64,000 nucleotides of DNA. Source: an uncultured Gemmatimonas sp. GTDB taxonomy: Bacteria > Gemmatimonadota > Gemmatimonadetes > Gemmatimonadales > GWC2-71-9. The notes beneath the pieces are model-generated. The model saw nothing but the letters and a program-made list of their open reading frames with translations. It was not told the DNA's origin and did no database searches. Position numbers and translations under genes: made by a program. Location of the stretch: the NCBI GenBank assembly GCA_964619465.1, contig CAZUES010000001.1:123440-187439 (forward strand). Reading direction: 5' to 3'. Shown here one piece after another: positions 15,461 to 23,244 of the stretch (within the stretch, counting starts at the first letter, position 1; every line of letters begins with the position of its first letter).

Positions 15461-16021
15461 GTGGAGCGAACGGTGCGGTGCCTCGCGCTCAACGCATCTT
15501 TTGAACCCCTGACGATGGTCCCGCTCCGGCGGGCCCTGCGCCTGGTGATCGACGGCAAAGCCGAGATCGTCGAGGCGGAGCATGGGGAAGAGATGCGGAG
15601 TGCGAGGCTCGCACTTCCTAAACCGGCGATCATCCGGCTGGTCAAGTTCGTGCACGTTCCCCGGAAGTTCCGCCGTCAGGTCACCAACACGTTCCTCTTT
15701 GCGCGCGACGACTACACCTGTCAGTACTGCGCCCGGACTCAGCACGAGTTGCGGATGCGTGAATGCCTGACGCGGGATCACCTGATTCCGATTTCGCGCG
15801 GTGGCGGCAACGAGTGGCATAACGTGGTGACGGCCTGCAGCACCTGCAACACGAAGAAGGGAAATCGCCTGCCCGACGAGTGCGGGATGCAGCCGATGCA
15901 CGAGCCGATGGAGCCGCACTTCGTTCATCTGTCGTGGGCGGTGCGCCGGCTCACGGCCACGCAGGCGAAGTACATTCGCCTCTTCTACGGAGCCGACGCA
16001 CTGCGCGCGTTGGCGGGGTAA
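15461..16021 (+). CDS. HNH endonuclease family protein
   Basis: 'YTCQYCAR...LTRDHLIPISRGGGNEWHNVVTACSTCNTKKGNR' contains the CxxC...H-N-H...CxxC core. Confidence 0.8.
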   Translation: MERTVRCLALNASFEPLTMVPLRRALRLVIDGKAEIVEAEHGEEMRSARLALPKPAIIRLVKFVHVPRKFRRQVTNTFLFARDDYTCQYCARTQHELRMRECLTRDHLIPISRGGGNEWHNVVTACSTCNTKKGNRLPDECGMQPMHEPMEPHFVHLSWAVRRLTATQAKYIRLFYGADALRALAG

Positions 16022-16034
16022 ATCGCATCACGCA

Positions 16035-17945
16035 ATGTGCGGCCTGACCGGCTTTTTCACTTCGCGCCCCCGAACCGATGAGAGCATGACCGCGGACGTG
16101 TCCGCGATGATGGCGCCGATCCATCATCGCGGGCCGGACGACGGCAGCCACTACGTCGACGCCGAGTCGGGGGTGGCGCTCGGGTTCCGCCGTCTCGCGA
16201 TCATCGATCTCTCGCCGCTCGGTCATCAGCCGATGACCTCGGCGTCGGGGCGGTATGTCCTCGCCTTCAACGGTGAGATCTACAATTTCGCCGCGTTGCG
16301 CGAAGAGCTTGCTGCGCACGGCGCGACCTTCCGGGGTGGTTCGGACACCGAAGTCATTCTGGCGGCCTTCGAGGCCTGGGGCGTTCGTGGCGCGCTGCCC
16401 CGCTTCGTGGGCATGTTTGCCATGTCGCTCTGGGACCGGCGCGAGCGGGAGCTGACCCTGATCCGCGACCGGCTGGGCAAGAAGCCGCTGTTCATCTACT
16501 CGGAGCCGGGCTACATCTCCTGGGGGTCGGAACTCAAGGCGATGGTGGCCGGGCCGTCGTTCGATCGGTCGATCGATCCCGCCGCGGTGGTCGAGTACCT
16601 GCGCTACCTCTATGTGCCGGCGCCGCGGTCGATTTACCAACGGGTCCGCAAGCTCGAGCCGGGGGCGCTGGTCACCATTCGCGATCCCGGTGCGCCTGTG
16701 CCGATTGCCGACCGGTACTGGTCGCTCGAAGCGGTGGCCGAGGCGGGCGAGGCGCAGCCGTTCCGCGGCTCCGACACCGAAGCGGTCGATCGGCTCGAAG
16801 CGCTGCTGGCCGATGCGGTCAAGTTGCGGCTCTATGCCGACGTGCCGTTAGGCGCGCTGCTGTCGGGCGGGATCGACTCGTCGACCGTGGTGGCGCTGAT
16901 GCAGGAACAGATGTCGCGGCCGGTCAAGACCTATACCATCGGGTTCGAAGAAAAAGCCTACGACGAAGTGCACCACGCCGAGGCCGTCGCCAAGCACCTG
17001 GGCACCGACCAGACCACCCTGCGCGTGACCGGTACCGATGCCCTGGATCTGATCCCGCGGCTGGCCGATTGGTTCGATGAACCCCTGGCCGATCCGTCGC
17101 AGTTGCCCACCTTTCTGGTCTGCCAGCTGGCCAAGCGCGACGTCACGGTCGCCCTCTCCGGCGATGGCGGCGACGAACTGTTTGCCGGATACAATCGCTA
17201 TCGCTTCGGGCGGCGGCTCCTCAACGCTGTCGAGTATGTCCCGCGCGCGCTGCGGCGTCCGGTCGGTGGGCTGCTCCGGGCCATGGGCCGCTCCGGCGGC
17301 GACTTGCGCTCGCGGACCGGTAAGCTCCGCAAGCTGGGCGAGTTCCTCTCGGCCCCGTCCGAGGGCTATGCCTATCGCAGCCTATTGTCGGCCTGGCAGG
17401 ATCCCGGCTCGCTGGTGCCCGGCGTAGTCGAGGAACCCGGGCTCTTTGTCGAGAAGATGGAGCGGCAGCGGCCCTACACCCTGTTGGCTCGGATGATGTT
17501 GGCCGATCAGCGCAGCTACCTGCCAGACGACCTGCTGGCCAAGGTCGACCGGGTCAGCATGGCGGTGAGCCTCGAGGCCCGGGCGCCCATTCTGGATCAC
17601 CGGGTGGCCGAGTTTGCCTGGACGCTGCCGGACTCGATGCGGATCCGGGGCGACCAGACCAAGTGGATCTTGAGACAGGTGCTCTATCGCAAGGTGCCTC
17701 AGGCCCTGGTCGATCGTCCCAAGATGGGATTCTCGGTTCCCATTTCAGCCTGGCTCAGGGGGCCGCTCCGCACCTGGGGCGACGATCTGCTCTCGTCCAA
17801 GCGGCTTGGCGCGGTGGAAATGCTGGATGGGGCCCGGTGTCGTGAGGCCTGGAATCGCCTCCAGGCTGGCGAAGAGCATCGCAGCCTGGCACTGTGGGCC
17901 CTGCTCGTATTTCTGGATTGGCACGACAGGTGGGCACAGGCCTGA
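16035..17945 (+). CDS. asnB: asparagine synthase (glutamine-hydrolysing), EPS-locus-type amidotransferase
   Basis: Starts 'MCGLTGFF' (class II GATase catalytic Cys2). 'LLSGGIDSS' PP-loop. 636 aa. Confidence 0.9.
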   Translation: MCGLTGFFTSRPRTDESMTADVSAMMAPIHHRGPDDGSHYVDAESGVALGFRRLAIIDLSPLGHQPMTSASGRYVLAFNGEIYNFAALREELAAHGATFRGGSDTEVILAAFEAWGVRGALPRFVGMFAMSLWDRRERELTLIRDRLGKKPLFIYSEPGYISWGSELKAMVAGPSFDRSIDPAAVVEYLRYLYVPAPRSIYQRVRKLEPGALVTIRDPGAPVPIADRYWSLEAVAEAGEAQPFRGSDTEAVDRLEALLADAVKLRLYADVPLGALLSGGIDSSTVVALMQEQMSRPVKTYTIGFEEKAYDEVHHAEAVAKHLGTDQTTLRVTGTDALDLIPRLADWFDEPLADPSQLPTFLVCQLAKRDVTVALSGDGGDELFAGYNRYRFGRRLLNAVEYVPRALRRPVGGLLRAMGRSGGDLRSRTGKLRKLGEFLSAPSEGYAYRSLLSAWQDPGSLVPGVVEEPGLFVEKMERQRPYTLLARMMLADQRSYLPDDLLAKVDRVSMAVSLEARAPILDHRVAEFAWTLPDSMRIRGDQTKWILRQVLYRKVPQALVDRPKMGFSVPISAWLRGPLRTWGDDLLSSKRLGAVEMLDGARCREAWNRLQAGEEHRSLALWALLVFLDWHDRWAQA

Positions 17946-17952
17946 TGCTGCG

Positions 17953-18639
17953 TTAGAGGGCGGCGTCGTCCTCATCGTCATCGTCGTGCTGGACCGGAAA
18001 CTGCTCGCTGCGCGCCTGCAGGACCTGACTCGGCAAGCCCGCCAACCTGAGCAGGAAGCGCCGAATTCCTCGTCCCACCGTGCTGCCCGGCTCGGGCACG
18101 TCGAGTGTGGGGTCGCCTGCCAGAAAGCGTTCCAGCTGATCGATGTCCCGATCCGACAGCGCGGTGATTCGCGCCGAGACCGTGTAGTAGAAACGCCCGT
18201 CGCGCCGCGGATAAATGGCGACCCGCTGAGGCAGGTTGAGGTACTGCTCGGCCGCTTCGCGGACGGCAAACCGGGAAGGCCGGAGCCGCCGGTTCGCCAC
18301 GACCAGGGTGACGGTGAATTCTTCCTGCAGCGGCTCCTTGGTCACGATCGTCTGCCAGCTCGTCTCGCTCGCCAGCTCATCGATCCAGCCGTCCCGAGAC
18401 CGCCAGGTCTGCATGGTGTACGACACGATCAGCGGCAGTGATTTTTCCAGCGCCTCGTTCCAGCGTTCGTCGACCAGCAGGTTGCGGAGGGAGACGACCG
18501 GCATCCGGGCGCCGTTCGTCTGCCGCGTCGAATCCAGTGCCATCGAGAGCGACACGGTCGGACGCGGTCCCCCTTCCTGGGCATGCGCGGCCATGCCGGG
18601 CACGGCAACGAGCGCCAGGGCGAGGAGCACACGTCGCAT
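17953..18639 (-). CDS. secreted hypothetical protein with an acidic C-tail (possibly DUF4390-like; family uncertain)
   Basis: Signal peptide 'MRRVLLALALVAVPGMAAHAQE' and C-terminal 'HDDDDEDDAAL'. The ATG at 18639 overlaps the upstream stop (ATGA). The ORF-track start at 19329 is an upstream extension inside the Omp85-like gene. Confidence 0.65.
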   Translation of the reverse strand: MRRVLLALALVAVPGMAAHAQEGGPRPTVSLSMALDSTRQTNGARMPVVSLRNLLVDERWNEALEKSLPLIVSYTMQTWRSRDGWIDELASETSWQTIVTKEPLQEEFTVTLVVANRRLRPSRFAVREAAEQYLNLPQRVAIYPRRDGRFYYTVSARITALSDRDIDQLERFLAGDPTLDVPEPGSTVGRGIRRFLLRLAGLPSQVLQARSEQFPVQHDDDDEDDAAL

Positions 18640-20390
18640 CAGAAACGCCGCTCCAGACGCAGGATGAAGCGGAACTTGTCGTCCACCGCGAGCGGTTTGG
18701 CGAGATACACGGCCAGCCCGCCTGCGTCGATCCCGACCCCGACATCCGCGTCCCACTCGTCGAAGCGCGGAATCCGGTTGTTGGGGACTCGCCCCGGTCC
18801 CTCGCCCGACAGCCACGCCTTGCCGACATTGCCGAGCAGGACCAGATCGGCCTGCTGAATGCCGAGCAGCTGCTGTAGCATGGCCAGGTCCGCATTGCGG
18901 AGCCGGAGCGGCAGCGGGAGGGGCAGGTTGCGACGAACCTCGAGCTGGAAGGCCAGCATCCGGTCGCACAGCGCAGCTTGCGTCGGGTCGACGAACCCGG
19001 GCGGGGCGCAATTCTGCGACCGGAAGCCGAACCCCGGCAGGATATCGGGGCCACCCAGCGAGACGCGTCGCTGAATCGGCAGCGGGTCGCCATCGATCCA
19101 TCCGGCGCCCACCAGGCGGGCATTGACCCGGCTCTTGGGGTCGAACCGCGCATAACGGCGGATATCGAATGCCAGCGTGGCAAACTGATATCGGCCGGGC
19201 AGGATGGGGGCCCGGATCGCGGCGGGCAACGATACCGGAGAGGCATCGTCGGTATGGCTCTGCTCGTACCGGGCTGAAACCAGCCAGCCGTTGGAAGGAT
19301 CGGCGGGGTCGTTGCGGCTGTCGTACCACAGGCCGAGGCGCTGGGTCAGGTAGCGGCCGTCATCGATCAGCGGGTTGGGTCGCCAGGTGTCCCGGTTGCG
19401 GAAGACCGAGACCGGATCGCTGGCCGGGACCGATCGTTCCAGGTCGCTGCGGATCCCGTAACTCAGCTGGAGGCGGGAGATGGGTTCGACGGTCAGGTAG
19501 CCTTCGACGCCGCGCGTTTCGAAGTGATCCCGGTAGTCGCGCTGGAGCAGGAAGGCGGACCACCCCGACTCGCCCCGGGTCAGCGGCTGCTGCTCGATCG
19601 GGACGATTTCCCGCGAGGCGCGGCCCCCAATGCGCAGCCAGCGTCTGTCTTGTCCGATCTGCCATTCGGTCGTGATCCGGAACCCGACGTTGTCGCGGAG
19701 CTTGGTGCGGTCCGTGGCCGGCCGGAAGATGCCGCGCACGTCGAGTTCGACATCCAGCCCGGCGTTGCCTTCGCTCCGGAAGGTGGGGCCGAAGACGATC
19801 GGAAGCCCTTCGACGCGATTGTAGGTCTTGCCGGTTTCGAGCGTCAGTCGGGTGTTGAGGACGCCGGTCTGGAATTCGGTATGCGCGGCCGCCAGTTCGC
19901 CGAGCGGGCGGCGGCGTTCGCGCAGCACCAACAGGCCGTTGGGGAGGCGGTATACCGCCGCCAGGGCGTCATAGGTTTTCTGGTCGCCGTCGAGCCGGCC
20001 GCCGTCACGGACGTAGATCCGTCCGCCGACGACCAGCACCGAGCCGCGCACCGTTCCACCCGGCCCGATGATCAGATCGCCGTTGATGACGGTGACGGGT
20101 CCGTCGATCCGGCCGAGCACCCGGAGGGTGCCCCGGTACATCGCGATGCGTCCTTCCATCCGCGCGCCGGTGGGCAGGGTAAAGCTGCTGGCCAGGCGGG
20201 TCGTGCTGCTGTCGTTGTACCCGTTGATCAGCTGCTGCACCACCTCGGGCGGCAAGGTGCCTTCCGCGGGTTCGTCCGTCACGTCCGGCTGAATCACCAC
20301 CACGCTGTCCTGCGCCCGGGCGCCCGATACCGGGCCCAGGAGGCTGAGCAGCACGGCGGCGATGCGGAGCCAGCGAAGCCGGGCGGTCAT
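18639..20390 (-). CDS. outer-membrane Omp85/surface-antigen(D15)-like beta-barrel with an N-terminal bactofilin-like (polymer-forming beta-helix) segment
   Basis: Signal peptide 'MTARLRWLRIAAVLLSLLGPVSGARAQ'. 'GRIDGPVTVINGDLIIGPGGTVRGSVLVVGGRIYV' is bactofilin/DUF583-like. 'LWYDSRNDPADPSNGWLVSARYEQS' is Omp85-barrel-like. Terminal Phe ('LERRF'). The ATG at 20390 overlaps the regulator's stop (ATGA). Confidence 0.7.
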   Translation of the reverse strand: MTARLRWLRIAAVLLSLLGPVSGARAQDSVVVIQPDVTDEPAEGTLPPEVVQQLINGYNDSSTTRLASSFTLPTGARMEGRIAMYRGTLRVLGRIDGPVTVINGDLIIGPGGTVRGSVLVVGGRIYVRDGGRLDGDQKTYDALAAVYRLPNGLLVLRERRRPLGELAAAHTEFQTGVLNTRLTLETGKTYNRVEGLPIVFGPTFRSEGNAGLDVELDVRGIFRPATDRTKLRDNVGFRITTEWQIGQDRRWLRIGGRASREIVPIEQQPLTRGESGWSAFLLQRDYRDHFETRGVEGYLTVEPISRLQLSYGIRSDLERSVPASDPVSVFRNRDTWRPNPLIDDGRYLTQRLGLWYDSRNDPADPSNGWLVSARYEQSHTDDASPVSLPAAIRAPILPGRYQFATLAFDIRRYARFDPKSRVNARLVGAGWIDGDPLPIQRRVSLGGPDILPGFGFRSQNCAPPGFVDPTQAALCDRMLAFQLEVRRNLPLPLPLRLRNADLAMLQQLLGIQQADLVLLGNVGKAWLSGEGPGRVPNNRIPRFDEWDADVGVGIDAGGLAVYLAKPLAVDDKFRFILRLERRF

Positions 20391-21763
20391 GAGAGCCCCA
20401 GCCGTTTCATCCGGCGATAGAGGTTGGCCCGATCGGTCTGCAGCGCGCGGGCCGCTTCCGCTACGTTGCCGGACGCCCGGCCCAACGCGTCCTGGACCAG
20501 GGCGCGCTCGTAGTCGTCGAGCAGGTTCGACAGCGACCGGCCCTGGTGATCGCCGGGCAGGCCGAAGGGATGATCGTGACCGGTACTTCCCTCGACTTTC
20601 GGAGTCGAGCGCGGCAGCACCTGTCGCACCGACGCCGAGTCGATCTCGGCGCCGCCGATGATGGAGAGCCGCTCGATCACGTTGGCGAGTTCGCGGATGT
20701 TGCCGGGCCAATGGTACGACGCCAGCAGCGCCATGGCCTCGGAGGTAAAGGCTGGCGCCTGGTGTCCGCGCAACCGATCGGCCAGGTAGCGGACCAGATC
20801 CGGCAGGTCGTCGAGACGGTGCCTGAGCGGCGGCAGCTCGATCGGGAACACGTTGAGGCGGAAGAACAGATCCTCGCGAAAGGTGCCGGCTGCGACGGCC
20901 TCGTCCAGGCGCTGGTTGGTGGCTGACACGATCCGCACGTCGACCCGCTTGACGCGCTCGGCGCCGAGTCGCTGGATCTCGCCCGTTTCGAGGACGCGGA
21001 GCAGCTTGGCCTGGGCTTCCAGGTTGAGATCGCCGACCTCGTCGAGGAACAGCGTGCCTCCATCGGCCATTTCGAAGCGGCCCATCCGGCGCTCCACCGC
21101 GCCGGTAAAGGCGCCGCGTTCGTGGCCGAACATTTCGCTCTCGACCAGATCGCGCGGAATCGCGGCGCAGTTGACCGAGACGATGGGACGTCCCGCCCGG
21201 CGGCTCGCGGTGTGGATCGCGTTGGCCACCAGCTCCTTGCCGGTGCCCGACTCGCCCAGAATCAGTACCCGGGCTTCGGTCGGCGCGACCTGGGATATTG
21301 CGCTGCGCACCCGCTGCAGCTCCGGGGTGGTCCCGATCAGCTCGGCCCGAGTGCGCGACAGCTGGGATTTGAGGACCCGATTCTCGGCCTGGGTCCGGGT
21401 CAGTTCCAGGGCGGAGCGGATGGTGACCAGGACGGCTTCCGGGGTGAGCGGCTTTTCCAGGAACTGGAAGGCGCCGTGCTTGATGGCCCGCACCGCGTCG
21501 GTCAGTTGGGCTTTGCCACTCATCATGATGACGGGGGTCACGGGGTCCCGTTCCCGGATCGCGGCCAGGGTTTCGATCCCGTCCGGACCTGGCGGCATCA
21601 TCAGGTCGAGCAGGATGGCGTCCGGGCGGATTTCCTCGAGCGTCAGCAGGGCGGTGTTGCCGTTGGGGGCCTCGGCGACGTCGAACCCTTCGGCTTTGAG
21701 CAGCGCACCAAGCATCCGGCGGATGTTGGCTTCGTCGTCGACGATCAGAATCCGTGTCGTCAT
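20387..21763 (-). CDS. sigma-54-dependent response regulator (NtrC/NtrX/AtoC family enhancer-binding protein)
   Basis: Receiver domain 'ILIVDDE...DLMMP'. AAA+ 'GESGTGKE' Walker A, 'GAFTGA' sigma-54 contact loop, 'LFLDEV'. C-terminal Fis-type HTH 'GNVAEAARALQTDRANLYRRMKRLG'. Confidence 0.92.
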   Translation of the reverse strand: MTTRILIVDDEANIRRMLGALLKAEGFDVAEAPNGNTALLTLEEIRPDAILLDLMMPPGPDGIETLAAIRERDPVTPVIMMSGKAQLTDAVRAIKHGAFQFLEKPLTPEAVLVTIRSALELTRTQAENRVLKSQLSRTRAELIGTTPELQRVRSAISQVAPTEARVLILGESGTGKELVANAIHTASRRAGRPIVSVNCAAIPRDLVESEMFGHERGAFTGAVERRMGRFEMADGGTLFLDEVGDLNLEAQAKLLRVLETGEIQRLGAERVKRVDVRIVSATNQRLDEAVAAGTFREDLFFRLNVFPIELPPLRHRLDDLPDLVRYLADRLRGHQAPAFTSEAMALLASYHWPGNIRELANVIERLSIIGGAEIDSASVRQVLPRSTPKVEGSTGHDHPFGLPGDHQGRSLSNLLDDYERALVQDALGRASGNVAEAARALQTDRANLYRRMKRLGLS

Positions 21764-23022
21764 CGCCAGTTCCTTCGCCGGTCGGCAACCCGGCGTTCAA
21801 CGAATGGTCGGTCGGCAGGCCGTGGTCTGGCGCTCTCCGAGGTCAGCGGGAGCCAGATCACCATGGTGGCTCCGCCTCCTTCGGTCTCTCCCACCTCGAT
21901 GGTGCCCTGGTGGAGATCGATCGCCTGTTTGACGATGGCCAGGCCGAGTCCGGTGCCATCGGCCTTGTCCGTGAAGTAGGGCTCGAAGATGCGGCTCTGC
22001 TTTTCCTTCGCAATGCCGGGGCCCTGGTCCGCGATAGACACCCGAACCCCTCCGTCCCATGGACGGATCGTCACGTCGATCCGACCCTCTCCGTGCATCG
22101 CTTCCGAGGCGTTCCGCAGCAGATTGGCCACCGCGCGGCGCAGCGAGTCGTAATGGCCGGTCACATGCGGGGTGGCCGGATCGACCCAGAGGTGGCCTTT
22201 GACCGCGTCCGGCAGCGAGGTTCGCAGCAGTTCGCCCAGCAGCTCGCCCAGGTCGACATCGGCGGGAGGGCCTTCGGGGAGGCGGCCCAGATTGGCGAAG
22301 TCCCGGGCCAGTTGCTCGAGACGGGTCGATTCCGCCCGGAGCACCTCGAGGGCCTCCTCCTGATCCTGGGTTGCGGTTCGGCCCAGCGAGGACACCGCAA
22401 AACGGATCGGGGTGAGCGGATTCTTCATTTCGTGCGCGACGCGTCGGGCCACTTCGCGGAATGCCCGCAGTCGCTCCGACTCGAGTTCGGCGCGTCGGGC
22501 CTGCGACAGGCCATCCGCCATATCCCGGAGCGCGGTGCGAAGAGCGGCGAATTCCGGCGCGCCGGCCTTAGGCGGGTCAGGGGGCAGCGGCTCGTTCCGT
22601 TGGATCCGGCCGATCCAGCCGACCAGGTTATCGATCGGCTGGCTCAGCTGACGGGCCAGATTGTTCCCCAGGAATACTGCGAACACCACCAGGATGGATC
22701 CCATCACCGCCAGCACGATGGCCAGTCCTCGGGTCAGGCGGCTCTGGTAGAACTCGGCCCGTTGGGACAGGGCCAGCTGGCGGCTCAGGACGTCGCGATG
22801 TGCCTGAACGGCCTGGTGTTCGGCAGGAGTGAGCCGGGTGGTGTCCAGGGTGGCGAAGAGGTCACGTCCCGATTGCCGCAGCGGCTGGATGACGATCTGG
22901 GCCGGGGCCCCGGGATTGTTGGTCAGGGATGAGTAGGCCCATCCGAGCAGGGCAAACGCCGACGGCGCTCCGAGCAGGAGCAGCACGAGGGAAACCCGGC
23001 TTCGAAAGGTCAGGGCGCGCAT
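21760..23022 (-). CDS. sensor histidine kinase (two TM segments, HAMP, HisKA, HATPase; NtrY-like)
   Basis: H-box 'VAHEMKNPLTPI'. N/G boxes 'LLRNASEAM', 'DQGPGI', 'GTGLGLAIV'. Its stop overlaps the regulator's start (ATGA at 21760-21763). Confidence 0.9.
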   Translation of the reverse strand: MRALTFRSRVSLVLLLLGAPSAFALLGWAYSSLTNNPGAPAQIVIQPLRQSGRDLFATLDTTRLTPAEHQAVQAHRDVLSRQLALSQRAEFYQSRLTRGLAIVLAVMGSILVVFAVFLGNNLARQLSQPIDNLVGWIGRIQRNEPLPPDPPKAGAPEFAALRTALRDMADGLSQARRAELESERLRAFREVARRVAHEMKNPLTPIRFAVSSLGRTATQDQEEALEVLRAESTRLEQLARDFANLGRLPEGPPADVDLGELLGELLRTSLPDAVKGHLWVDPATPHVTGHYDSLRRAVANLLRNASEAMHGEGRIDVTIRPWDGGVRVSIADQGPGIAKEKQSRIFEPYFTDKADGTGLGLAIVKQAIDLHQGTIEVGETEGGGATMVIWLPLTSESARPRPADRPFVERRVADRRRNWR

Positions 23023-23096
23023 GAGAGAGGTATTCTAACCCGCCTTCGTCGGGTGCGGACCGGGGGGAGGTGATGTCGCGTCGGGGCAGCTGATGT

Positions 23097-23112
23097 GTTG
23101 CGTTGACGCAAC
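23097..23112. promoter_or_regulatory. 16-bp palindrome GTTGCG-ttga-CGCAAC (copy 1 of a recurring motif)
   Basis: Lies in the 222-bp divergent intergenic region between the kinase gene (-) and the TonB-dependent-receptor-like gene (+). An extra CGCAAC half-site is at 23142-23147. Confidence 0.5.
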
Positions 23113-23244
23113 GCCCGATGGTGGCTACTGTGCGTTAAGCACGCAACAGGCGGCGGAGTCTCTGTGGCATTGCTTCTGCAGATAATTGCGTGCTCTAGGG
23201 CAATGCCATTGTCCGGAACGAGTACCAGACATCTTAGGAACGCT

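Noticed and set aside
23088..23102. Sigma-54 -24/-12 promoter interpretation for every GTTGC-containing site (23097, 32066, 41789).
   Set aside because: At these three sites the GG dinucleotide is absent or mis-spaced (GG-N12-GC at 32055-32070; 'ag' and 'gc' at the required positions for 23097 and 41789). Only 36502 and 55176 have the correct spacing, so sigma-54 cannot explain the motif family as a whole.
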